The translations under genes and the position numbers were made by a program. Below are positions 17,936 to 26,280 of a stretch of DNA of 40,149 nt, in pieces; the first letter of the stretch is position 1; each line of letters begins with the position of its first letter. Below the pieces are notes generated by a model. The model saw only the letters and a list, made by a program, of their open reading frames with translations, searched no databases and was not told the origin of the DNA. The stretch is from an uncultured Muribaculaceae bacterium (GTDB taxonomy: Bacteria > Bacteroidota > Bacteroidia > Bacteroidales > UBA932): NCBI GenBank assembly GCA_964649555.1, contig CAZYQA010000001.1, positions 1 through 40,149 of the forward strand, written 5' to 3'.

Positions 17936-19261
17936 TTAAAACGCCCTGATACAGCGCACATTCACTATACCGCTCTTGAGGGCATTTATCTTGCTGCCAT
18001 CGGTGGAGTAGACAACTGAACTGAAGCCATAGTTGTTCTCCACAGAAGACCAGTATTGGGTATTGTTAAGCAGGGTTGCTGGACTACAATTCGTTATCGC
18101 GGTATTTATGATACTCTTCTTGCCAATAAGAGCTGTTAGTTCATTTGTCGCAGGCAGATACCAAGTACCTGTTGTGGCATTAGCGTAATCGGTGTCGGCA
18201 CTATTCTTCGCAGCACACCAAGCAAAAGCAGGGTAAGATGTAAAGTTATTATTGCCAAAAGCCTTTATTGTTGCCATATTAGTTATGCCGTTATCTTCAT
18301 TGCTGGCTCCTGTCACAACATTTTCTGTGCTCCATTTCAATTGATTTGCTTCATCCAACGATACGATTTTACCTTTAGTTGCATCGGCAGAATCTATCCA
18401 AAAGACTATACCGATTACGGTTTTACTATTATCGTATGTGGTAGAGAATGTGTTATTCGAGTAGTAATAGTCACCAACTTTTGGATTTAATACTACATAT
18501 TTCCCCTTAACATTGGTTTTGGAGTTAGCTTGGTAGGTGATACCCGTAACTTCTGTTGGCTTTACGTCTCCATCAACTTGAAAGGTTAAATCAAAGGTAG
18601 ACTTCGTTTTAGGGTTAGCCAATAACCAAAATGAACCAAATGACTCACCTGCCACTGATGCCACGGAAGTAATATTGTAACTCTGCACCACTGCCGTACC
18701 CGAAATAGTGCTATCTATAGTGTTGAATGTTGGAGATAGCGAATATTTCAGATTGACACTCTTGCCTGCCTCCATATCATTTTTATTGCATAGGTTAATC
18801 TTTGCAACGGCACGCTTGAGCGATATTTTGAGCGTGGAGCTTGCTCCGTTAATGATCGCATTGCCGAAGAATGCTTCGATAGGGAGTTTATTATTGTTGA
18901 GAGTTACTGCTTTTAGATTTTCAGTATTATATACGGTTTTGTCATTATCAGCCCACAAAAGGCAATGATACACCTTTGTGCGGTCAAGAGTTAGAGAAAA
19001 TTTGCCATCGGTACTTATCTTTTGTGTTGGAGTGTCGGAATAATCCGAAGTAGTGTAAATCTCAAGGATATAGTTATTCACAGGAACAGTTCCTCGTGTT
19101 TCTATACCCATAGGCTCCATTGTGCCATCTGCATACGAAAAGTCTGGCGTAACGGTGAGCGTTATGCTTTGTCCTCCCATTTGTGATTCGTTTTCCAACT
19201 CTGTTTTGGCACATCCTACCATCAACAGTATAGCACCAGTTATATATATTATATTTTTCAT
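17936..19261 (-). CDS. Pilin-like lipoprotein with one C-terminal DUF1566-type module
   Basis: 441 aa. Has a lipobox (MVGC), ETRG, YILEIY, and CLLWADND. The C-terminal module reads VGDYYYSNNTFSTTYDNSKTVIGIVFWIDSADATKGKIVSLDE ... YPAFAWCAAKN ... TWYLPATNELTAL ... VRCIRAF. Confidence 0.65.
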   Translation of the reverse strand: MKNIIYITGAILLMVGCAKTELENESQMGGQSITLTVTPDFSYADGTMEPMGIETRGTVPVNNYILEIYTTSDYSDTPTQKISTDGKFSLTLDRTKVYHCLLWADNDKTVYNTENLKAVTLNNNKLPIEAFFGNAIINGASSTLKISLKRAVAKINLCNKNDMEAGKSVNLKYSLSPTFNTIDSTISGTAVVQSYNITSVASVAGESFGSFWLLANPKTKSTFDLTFQVDGDVKPTEVTGITYQANSKTNVKGKYVVLNPKVGDYYYSNNTFSTTYDNSKTVIGIVFWIDSADATKGKIVSLDEANQLKWSTENVVTGASNEDNGITNMATIKAFGNNNFTSYPAFAWCAAKNSADTDYANATTGTWYLPATNELTALIGKKSIINTAITNCSPATLLNNTQYWSSVENNYGFSSVVYSTDGSKINALKSGIVNVRCIRAF

Positions 19262-19274
19262 ATTCGTTCAGCTA

Positions 19275-20630
19275 TTAAAACTCTATATTAAATTCATCAT
19301 CCCAGCTTGTGTCAATGTCTATTCCCCCCTTACCTGCCGTTAGGAAATCACCGCTAATGGTAGTCAAGTACCCCGCTTTGTAGTTTATCTTGATTCCATT
19401 AACACCGCTCACTGTATTGCCATTGGCATCTTTGAAGGTAATATTTACCACTACGCTCGATTCTTTCCCATTTACAAGTACAAAATCTTTAGCTACAACA
19501 GCTTTTTTATCATCAATTTCGGTTACACCTGCTGTATATTTATAACCTTCGCTAGAAGCTGTAAGTGTTTTATCTAAAATATTATATCCAGCAGGGAAGA
19601 ATCCAGAATACATTACATATATTTTAAGTTCTTCTAAAGGAGGATAGCCTCGCTTTACTCGTATCTCATTATATTTTTCAATGTCGTTAGCCACGATTTT
19701 ATATTTTGCCAATGGACGGTGAAGAGTGTAGTTCTCTGTTTTACCCTCTTTGCTTATATTAATTGTAGTAGCAAAGCCAAAACAATCACGAGTGTCCGTA
19801 TTTGCCCAATAGCTCTCCTTTGGCAAGATCTTTACATCTTTTAGATTGGATGTATTATAGTGATAATCCTCCGTTTCGTTCTCGGAATAGTCACCCCAGA
19901 TTCTTACATCAAACTCTCCTTGTGGCATAACAATAGAGGTTTTGTAAACTCCTGCCGTAGTTGTTGACTCTACAAATTTTTGATGGCGTAAAACCACATT
20001 ATCCGTATTCTTATGCAGTATTTCTATAATAGCTCGCAAACGTACATTTTCTCCTATACTCAACGCTTTTGTAACCACATAATCAGGCAATAATGGCTGA
20101 GGGTAGGTTAGATTAAGAGTTACCATTGTCACTTCAACTGCCCCGGACCCCTCTTTAATGTCAATAGTAACCTGCTTAACGCCATCTTTAATCTCGTGAC
20201 GAACCATTCCTGTAAGTAATTCAGGGTATTGTGTATCAAGCGTTTTTACCCATAACTTAAAGTCTGAGAACGAAATGTTTGGAATTTCTCCTCGAGTAGT
20301 TGGTATCAACCCTTCTTCTGTATTGAGAATGGCAAAAACAGTGTATTGTCCACTCTCTATAAGCAATCTGTCGAGCGCTAAATCTGTCATCTTTGGGTAA
20401 TAATTGTGCTCTGCCAACTTATCGGCTTCGTTGAAGAAGTAGATATGCACATCTTTCAACGGTTTATCTAGTACTTCATCGGTATTGAGTGCAATCGTAA
20501 CCGCAGATTTAGAGTTATTTGGAAGCAATATATTCGTCTCGTGGAGGGTCTTATCACATCCGGTTAAAGCTATACACAATGCTCCCGCAATACATAATAG
20601 GCTTCTGCATATATAATTTATCTGTATCAT
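19275..20630 (-). CDS. Mfa2/FimB-like (type V pilus anchor/accessory-like) lipoprotein
   Basis: 451 aa. Has a lipobox (LTGC) and an N-terminal pattern V.I.L......L.DVHIYFFNE....E..YY resembling Mfa2/FimB-family lipoproteins. It sits immediately after the OmpA-like gene and before the pilin-like genes. The family assignment is tentative. Confidence 0.5.
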   Translation of the reverse strand: MIQINYICRSLLCIAGALCIALTGCDKTLHETNILLPNNSKSAVTIALNTDEVLDKPLKDVHIYFFNEADKLAEHNYYPKMTDLALDRLLIESGQYTVFAILNTEEGLIPTTRGEIPNISFSDFKLWVKTLDTQYPELLTGMVRHEIKDGVKQVTIDIKEGSGAVEVTMVTLNLTYPQPLLPDYVVTKALSIGENVRLRAIIEILHKNTDNVVLRHQKFVESTTTAGVYKTSIVMPQGEFDVRIWGDYSENETEDYHYNTSNLKDVKILPKESYWANTDTRDCFGFATTINISKEGKTENYTLHRPLAKYKIVANDIEKYNEIRVKRGYPPLEELKIYVMYSGFFPAGYNILDKTLTASSEGYKYTAGVTEIDDKKAVVAKDFVLVNGKESSVVVNITFKDANGNTVSGVNGIKINYKAGYLTTISGDFLTAGKGGIDIDTSWDDEFNIEF

Positions 20631-20636
20631 TGTTAT

Positions 20637-21851
20637 CTATTTTTCTACTACATAAAGTTTAATTTCTGCTCGTCGTGCCTTTGTGTCACTCTCTGCCATG
20701 GTATCTACACCGTTGCCTTTTATGGTTATACGGCTTTCTGCTACCTTTTGGCGTATTAAGTAATCTTTTAATAATTTTGCTCGTTGAGTTGAAGTATTAT
20801 TGTTTGCTTCTGTTGTTCCTCTTTGATCTGACCATGCCTCAATAGCAATATCTGCCTGAGAGTGTTTTTTTATAGCATTCAATAGTTTTTGTATTGTTTC
20901 AGAACTATCCTCTCGTACAAAAGGGTCATTAAAGGCATAATATACTGTTGCCTTATACACTTCATTGCAAACGGGTGCTTTTTCAACTACCTTAAGCTCT
21001 TCTTGCTTTGCTTGAGATGTGTTTGTAGGTTCTACAACCTCTTTTTTGACCTCATTTTTGGTTTCATCCTTCACTGTCTCTATAGTTTGTATATTAGCAC
21101 TATAGGTGGGTTGTGATACCGTCTGTTTTGTCTTGCGTTTACTAATAGCAAATGTTACCTTTACTCCGCTATTCCAAGTATAGTTGCTCTTATGCTCCAC
21201 CTGTGGCAGAGCATCAATACCTTTGCCTGTAAGCAAGGTAATACCCGAATAGAGGCGGATATTTATTTTAGGTGAAATTTGATAACCTACACCTAGATCT
21301 CCACCTGCGCCAAAATGGAATGATGTGCCATTTTTGACCTCTTTGTCGGTTGAGATAGTTATAATATTGGCACTTGAAAGCACACTATATATAGCAGGTG
21401 AGATGAGAAACGACCATCTACTTGTTGGCTTAAACATCTTTACAAAATCAACATTCAGCCTTGCCCCAAGGCCGTAAAGGTTTACAGAGGAATGTAGATC
21501 ATTATACTGCCAACTATTTACTCCTGCTACAGGTGCAAAATAGCGGTTGCCGTCTGCCCCTAGAAACAGGTGTTGACAGCAGTCGTAAGCTCCCAATCCC
21601 ATATACCGATAGCTTAATTCTGCTTCAGCAGAGATGTATTGGTTGATATGATACCCACCCAATAGACCTATTCCAAAGCCTATACGGGTTTTATCCATTC
21701 CAAATGATTTAAAGGTGGAGTTTCCGAACGAAACACCTGCATCTGCACCTATGTACCAATGTGGCTCAGCAATACTTATTTTTTGCTTTTGTGCCTGTAT
21801 TGTGCCTACATTTACAAAGAGCAAAAAGGTAAGAAATAATAATCTTTTCAT
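20637..21851 (-). CDS. OmpA family protein: N-terminal small beta-barrel fused by a low-complexity linker to an OmpA_C peptidoglycan-binding domain
   Basis: 404 aa. Has a signal peptide, a Gly/aromatic-rich barrel strands region (WYIGADAGVSFG..., GIGLLGGYHIN), and a K/E/T/V-rich linker. The C-terminal OmpA-like domain reads IEAWSDQRGT...N...S.QRA..L.DYL....V...RI...G. Confidence 0.8.
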   Translation of the reverse strand: MKRLLFLTFLLFVNVGTIQAQKQKISIAEPHWYIGADAGVSFGNSTFKSFGMDKTRIGFGIGLLGGYHINQYISAEAELSYRYMGLGAYDCCQHLFLGADGNRYFAPVAGVNSWQYNDLHSSVNLYGLGARLNVDFVKMFKPTSRWSFLISPAIYSVLSSANIITISTDKEVKNGTSFHFGAGGDLGVGYQISPKINIRLYSGITLLTGKGIDALPQVEHKSNYTWNSGVKVTFAISKRKTKQTVSQPTYSANIQTIETVKDETKNEVKKEVVEPTNTSQAKQEELKVVEKAPVCNEVYKATVYYAFNDPFVREDSSETIQKLLNAIKKHSQADIAIEAWSDQRGTTEANNNTSTQRAKLLKDYLIRQKVAESRITIKGNGVDTMAESDTKARRAEIKLYVVEK

Positions 21852-21938
21852 ATAATTTTTATTGTATAATTTCTTCGATATGAGGAAATAGAATTTACAT
21901 TAGTTTCTTTATCGTTTGACTGTCAGCGATATGTTTTG

Positions 21939-21946
21939 CAAAATTA
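21939..21946 (-). promoter_or_regulatory. Candidate -7 promoter box (TAATTTTG) for the surface-appendage operon
   Basis: The minus strand reads TAATTTTG (TAnnTTTG) about 90 nt upstream of ATG 21851. A TTTG lies about 16 nt further upstream (plus-strand CAAA at 21963-21966). This is a motif match only. Confidence 0.3.
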
Positions 21947-22069
21947 CGGCATTCAAAAATTGCAAATGCTTCATTTCTACAATATCTTTAGTCCTACTCT
22001 TTCAATTTTATTCCTTTTCGCCATGCAATTTGTATCACATTTTCAATTCTATGTCAGATTTTCAATATG

Positions 22070-22845
22070 AGCGCTAGAATGGAGTGTTTTACGATATATC
22101 CGTGAAGTTTTTATCCCTGAATATGCTAAGAACTTCAACAAAGGATTATCGACAGAGGATATAAAGTTTTACGGTAAAATCTATCTCGACCGTGAACGCT
22201 CCGATAATGAACAGAATCTACACTGTTATTTAATTATCAGCCGTAAAGACTAAGCCAATAAAAAGAAACTATCTCCGCTTACTAACCATAAGAACACAAA
22301 GAAAGGCACGGTTACAGGCGGTTTTGACCGTGTGAAGCTATTTCAACAAGCGGAGCAGGGCTTCTAAGCTATTCCGTTATAATCGCCAACAAACAGAATC
22401 GTTTGACTACTGCAACACGATGAAAAATGGCACTATATCCGAGCAACTCCATTTGCAAGAGCAGGTTATCAACTCTAGTGAAATGAAAAATAGTAGCCAA
22501 GAAAACTTGTTAGCTGATATACCAGAAAACAAGGTTACAGATAAACCAGTTTACAACCTTGAAAATCTTCAAACTACCAAGCAATCATACAGCCAACCTG
22601 AAAATGAAACCTCGTTAGGTTCTTTAATCTCTTTCACTTCATCGGGAGCGGATTATCTGCCTAATGAGAGTCTAACGGATGAAGAGCTTCGCAAACTCAA
22701 AAACGCAAACGTAAGAAAGGCAGGAAAATGTAATGTATTCCTTCTTTTTATCTGTAAACAAAGGTCTATTTCGGGAATAAAACGGCAACACCAAGCCCTG
22801 CGGGTTTTGGGGAATTTCTTCCTTTCTCGTGCCTCAAAAGAGTAA
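22070..22845 (+). pseudogene. Decayed Bacteroides-type mobilization/relaxase-family gene (5'-truncated, with an in-frame stop and a frameshift)
   Basis: The frame opening at about 22070 reads ...REVFIPEYAKNFNKGLSTEDIKFYGKIYLDRERSDNEQNLHCYLIISRKD then TAA (22251-22253). It continues ANKKKLSPLTNHKNTKKGTVTGGFDRVKLFQQAEQGF. It then needs a +1 shift near 22365 to reach KLFRYNRQQTESFDYCNTMKNG..., which is the 22420..22845 ORF. The (H)..IISRKD and GGFDR motifs resemble Bacteroides Mob proteins. The N-terminal part is missing. Confidence 0.55.
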
Positions 22846-23061
22846 ATTTCCCAAAAGTATTGCCTTATTTATGCCCTTCATAGTTTGGGTGTTTACCAGA
22901 TAAAAAAGGAAAAATATAAGCAGTGGGTTAGAGCCATATAGGACAACAAACGCCATTGCCGCATAGTGCATACTCAATTTTCAAACCGCCCTGTTTTTAT
23001 CTCTTTCTTTGCTGTAAATCATTGCAATGAAAAGAGTTTATAACGCTAAAACAGTAAGAAT

Positions 23062-23334
23062 ATGGAAATTGTAGCCATCGAAAAAAGAACCTTTGAACAG
23101 CTGATGCAGAGGTTCGATGATTTTGTCAAACAGGTAAATGTACTTTGTGGAGATAATCGCAAAGCTGATAACTGGTTAGACAACAAACAGGTTTGTGAAT
23201 TGCTAAAAATATTGCTCCGCACCCTGCAAACATACCGAGATACGGGAAAGTTGCCATTTTCGCAAATTGGGCGTAAATGCTATTACAAGGCTACCGACAT
23301 CGAACAGTTTATCAATCGGGCATCGACCAAATAA
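23062..23334 (+). CDS. Helix-turn-helix (excisionase/MerR-like HTH_17) DNA-binding protein
   Basis: 90 aa. Reads WLDNKQVCELLKI..RTLQTYRDTGKLPFSQIG.K.YYK..DIEQFI. It is a clear homolog of the 30216..30500 product. Confidence 0.8.
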   Translation: MEIVAIEKRTFEQLMQRFDDFVKQVNVLCGDNRKADNWLDNKQVCELLKILLRTLQTYRDTGKLPFSQIGRKCYYKATDIEQFINRASTK

Positions 23335-23342
23335 TCACAGTT

Positions 23343-23621
23343 ATGGAAAGAGAATATTTTGATTTAAGTGTTTTGGTTGGGAATTGGGAGAGCGTTAATC
23401 TGAACCCAACTGTGATGATATACAACAACGTTAATAGCTGCCTATTAAGCATTATCTATATGAACGAAACCACCAGACAAGCAAGTCCATCAACCTATGA
23501 GATTCAGGAGGACGAGCAGGGCTATTTTATATCGCTGAACGGCAAACGCACCGCTGTTAGTTATGATGTAAGATTAGACACATTAACCATCGCTACGATG
23601 GGCGATTATATACGAAACTAA
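23343..23621 (+). CDS. Small hypothetical protein of the conjugative/mobilizable-element backbone
   Basis: 92-aa ORF starting at ATG 23343 (MEREYFDL...), packed between the two HTH genes. I recognise no motif. The 23277 start in the ORF track overlaps the previous gene. Confidence 0.45.
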   Translation: MEREYFDLSVLVGNWESVNLNPTVMIYNNVNSCLLSIIYMNETTRQASPSTYEIQEDEQGYFISLNGKRTAVSYDVRLDTLTIATMGDYIRN

Positions 23622-23633
23622 AACTACCAAATA

Positions 23634-23903
23634 ATGGATATATTAGACCATAAATCACCGCAAATTTACTCGTTCTTTGAGAGTCTGAACGAGCTTTCAA
23701 ACGCCATTCAAATAGCACTTAAAAGCCGTACTCCACACCTGAACGGTGAAAAGTATCTCACCAACCGAGAGGTTTGCCAACTACTCCGTATCTCTCCCCG
23801 TACCCTCCAAAACTGGAGGGACACGGGCAAAATTAAGTTTATTCGACTGAATGGTAAGATTCTGTATAGAGAATTAAGTATTTTATTGTCATTAAAACCA
23901 TAA
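23634..23903 (+). CDS. Helix-turn-helix (excisionase-like HTH_17) protein with a divergent, apparently replaced C-terminus
   Basis: 89 aa. Reads LNGEKYLTNREVCQLLRISPRTLQNWRDTGKIKFIRLNGKILYRE, homologous to the 29926..30219 product up to YRE. It then ends in the unrelated LSILLSLKP. Confidence 0.75.
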   Translation: MDILDHKSPQIYSFFESLNELSNAIQIALKSRTPHLNGEKYLTNREVCQLLRISPRTLQNWRDTGKIKFIRLNGKILYRELSILLSLKP

Positions 23904-23923
23904 ACTTTTACATCTAAACATAG

Positions 23924-24949
23924 TTACTTTTCTTCTTGGTCAAGAATATTAGGGTAATTAATATTACCATGCTTATCTTTGATACACGAAACAATTCTTT
24001 CAAGCTCTTGTCCTACTGGTTTTGTTCCTAAATCTGTATTATTTTTATAGATTCCTATTTTCTGTTTAACTTGTTCTTGTTCTAAATTGTTTACAATACA
24101 TCCGATTTTACTATCAAGTATTGCATATTTATGTGCAATGTCAAAAATTTCGTCAGTTCTTATGTCTGTAATGATATACCTGTGAACAACCCGATTCCTC
24201 TGTTTGTACAATTCTTCCAATTCATCATATATTTCTTGAGAAATAATACCTTTATCTCGTGTTTGTTTATATATCTCTCTTTCCATGATTGGCTTATCAG
24301 ATTCAGATTGAAACAAAAGATTTGTATCTATCTCATCGTTTGTATTTTCGAGTTGAGATGTCAATATTATTGAGAGCCTTAGAGAAGCATCAATACTATT
24401 TGCAGATAACACTACATATTCTATAAAAGAATTATTTTCAATTGCTCGATTTTTCAAATCGATTGTAGTTGCTATTGATGCCATGAATAAACCGAATCGC
24501 CTTAATGCAATAACTTTATCTCGGAATTCAGGTTTGATAAATTTGATTGTAGAAAGGGTTTCTCTTACCTTGCGTAACTCTTCATTGTATTTGTCTCTCA
24601 AATTTTCTTTTTTGTCTGTTATCGTATAAGTGGCAAATAAAAAATGGTCATCTACAGCACAAGAAAACATATAAACTTCAATACTATCTAAAATATTGAT
24701 ATTTTCCGAAAATGATAAAGTTTTAGCATCTGAAGATTGCGTAGGTTCATTTCTTACTTTTATTAATTTTGATATATGATCATTTACTGGTTTGCAACTT
24801 ATTTGAAACGCACCTAACATATCATCATATAAACCAAATGATTGAGGGTGATTATCATTTACATTATTATAATAAGTTGGATTTTTGTATTGCCAATCAA
24901 TTGGTATATACATTTGAAATTTACCACTAGGGTCTGTATATAGTTTCAT
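23924..24949 (-). CDS. Hypothetical two-domain protein; the C-terminal helical half carries an RNxxxH (HEPN-like) motif
   Basis: 341 aa. The N-terminal 140 aa or so is an alpha/beta-looking domain (KFQMYIPIDWQY...). The C-terminal half is helical and contains ELEELYKQ-RNRVVH-RY (R251..H256, nt 24182-24199). The gene is visibly more AT-rich than its neighbours and lies 34 nt downstream of an integrase. Confidence 0.55.
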   Translation of the reverse strand: MKLYTDPSGKFQMYIPIDWQYKNPTYYNNVNDNHPQSFGLYDDMLGAFQISCKPVNDHISKLIKVRNEPTQSSDAKTLSFSENINILDSIEVYMFSCAVDDHFLFATYTITDKKENLRDKYNEELRKVRETLSTIKFIKPEFRDKVIALRRFGLFMASIATTIDLKNRAIENNSFIEYVVLSANSIDASLRLSIILTSQLENTNDEIDTNLLFQSESDKPIMEREIYKQTRDKGIISQEIYDELEELYKQRNRVVHRYIITDIRTDEIFDIAHKYAILDSKIGCIVNNLEQEQVKQKIGIYKNNTDLGTKPVGQELERIVSCIKDKHGNINYPNILDQEEK

Positions 24950-24983
24950 ATAATTATTTTCTTACAAAGGTACTATTTTTACA

Positions 24984-26267
24984 TCACTTATAGTACTGAT
25001 TTCTAATAAAATCCTCTGGCACATCATCTTTTGGGAGTTCGTAGCGGTTTTCAATACGACTGGATAAGATTTTCATATCTTCATTGACCTTTTGGTTGGT
25101 AATTTTGGCGTAAATTTGAGTAGTCTGCACGGAACGATGTCCCATCATTTTGCAGAGTGTCTCAATCGGAACTCCTTGTGATATACACACTTGGGTTGCA
25201 TAGGTGTGCCGCCCCATATGATAGCAAAGTCGGCTCGAAATATCGCACTTTTTAGCAATGATTTTTAGGTTCTCATCAATGGTTTTCAAAGTTTTAAGTT
25301 TGAAAATTTTTTCATCCGTTCGCTCGTGTTTATACTTCTCCATTATCTGAATAGCAACACTAAGCGATCGGATTCTACATTCGCTCTTCGTTTTCTGGCG
25401 TTCAATCTTAATCCACATTACCCCGTTATCGTCCGTTGAGATATGCTTTTCGGAGAGGTTACACATATCTGCATACGCCATACCTGTAAACGCAGCAAAG
25501 AGAAACATATCACGGCATCGTTCAAGATGCTTTTCGACTATGGGTGTAGTGAGTAGCTTTTGAAACTCTTCCATCGTTAAGTGCCGACGCTGTTTTAACG
25601 GTTTTTCGGCAACATAATTGGCAAATGGGTCACGTTTGATAATATCCTGACTAATCGCCCGACGAACTATTTTTCGCAAGGGGATAATATGATTCAAAAC
25701 CGTATTGCCATTCATTCGCTTATCAACCCTCAAATGGAAATCGTAGGCATCAATAAACGGATGATTGAGTTGCATAAGCGGTATATCTTCTTTCTGGTAA
25801 CGTGACTTGATAAAGTTTTCGAGCACTCTGTATGAGTGCAGATATTGTTCGTAGGTTACTTGGGTACGATTGACACCTACACGCAGTTTAAATTCATCGT
25901 TGTGTTCTCGAAATAGCTCTAACAATCCAACAGCTTTACGATTCACGCCCATAAGAGCGTTCTTTATCCGTTCAGCAGTAACATAGCCATCTTCTAACAC
26001 TAAATGGTTATAATGTTGCCCTATCTCTGTTTCTAACTTATCTAACGTACGATTCAACGAGATTGATTCTTTGCTCTTGCCAATAGCACGTCCCGACTTA
26101 CTATCCCACCTATCGGGTTCGATATATTGTTGGGTGCTAAATCGGGCTGATTGAGCGTCAACGCTTATTCTGCCTGTAATAACACATAATCCCTGTTTGG
26201 TAATCTTTGATTTGTCGATATAGAATAGCACGGCAAAGGTGCTTCGGATATTTATTTTTGTTTTCAT
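24984..26267 (-). CDS. Tyrosine site-specific integrase (Bacteroides CTn/NBU type; second of a tandem pair)
   Basis: 427 aa. Has an N-terminal arm-binding-like start (STFAVLFYIDKSK...), a SAM-like core-binding region, and catalytic-domain motifs (FAAFTGMAYADM, HMGRHTYAT, LGH.SVQTTQIYAK). Confidence 0.9.
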   Translation of the reverse strand: MKTKINIRSTFAVLFYIDKSKITKQGLCVITGRISVDAQSARFSTQQYIEPDRWDSKSGRAIGKSKESISLNRTLDKLETEIGQHYNHLVLEDGYVTAERIKNALMGVNRKAVGLLELFREHNDEFKLRVGVNRTQVTYEQYLHSYRVLENFIKSRYQKEDIPLMQLNHPFIDAYDFHLRVDKRMNGNTVLNHIIPLRKIVRRAISQDIIKRDPFANYVAEKPLKQRRHLTMEEFQKLLTTPIVEKHLERCRDMFLFAAFTGMAYADMCNLSEKHISTDDNGVMWIKIERQKTKSECRIRSLSVAIQIMEKYKHERTDEKIFKLKTLKTIDENLKIIAKKCDISSRLCYHMGRHTYATQVCISQGVPIETLCKMMGHRSVQTTQIYAKITNQKVNEDMKILSSRIENRYELPKDDVPEDFIRNQYYK

Positions 26268-26280
26268 TGTATGATAATAG

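Noticed and set aside
21852-22069. Possible invertible (phase-variable) promoter upstream of the pilus-like operon, given the nearby recombinases.
   Set aside because: I found a plausible TAnnTTTG box but no convincing pair of flanking inverted repeats. The nearest recombinases belong to integrative elements rather than to a dedicated invertase.
22420-22845. 141-aa ORF treated as an intact gene.
   Set aside because: Its N-terminus continues, after a frameshift and an in-frame stop, from upstream Mob-like coding sequence. It is best read as the tail of a pseudogene.
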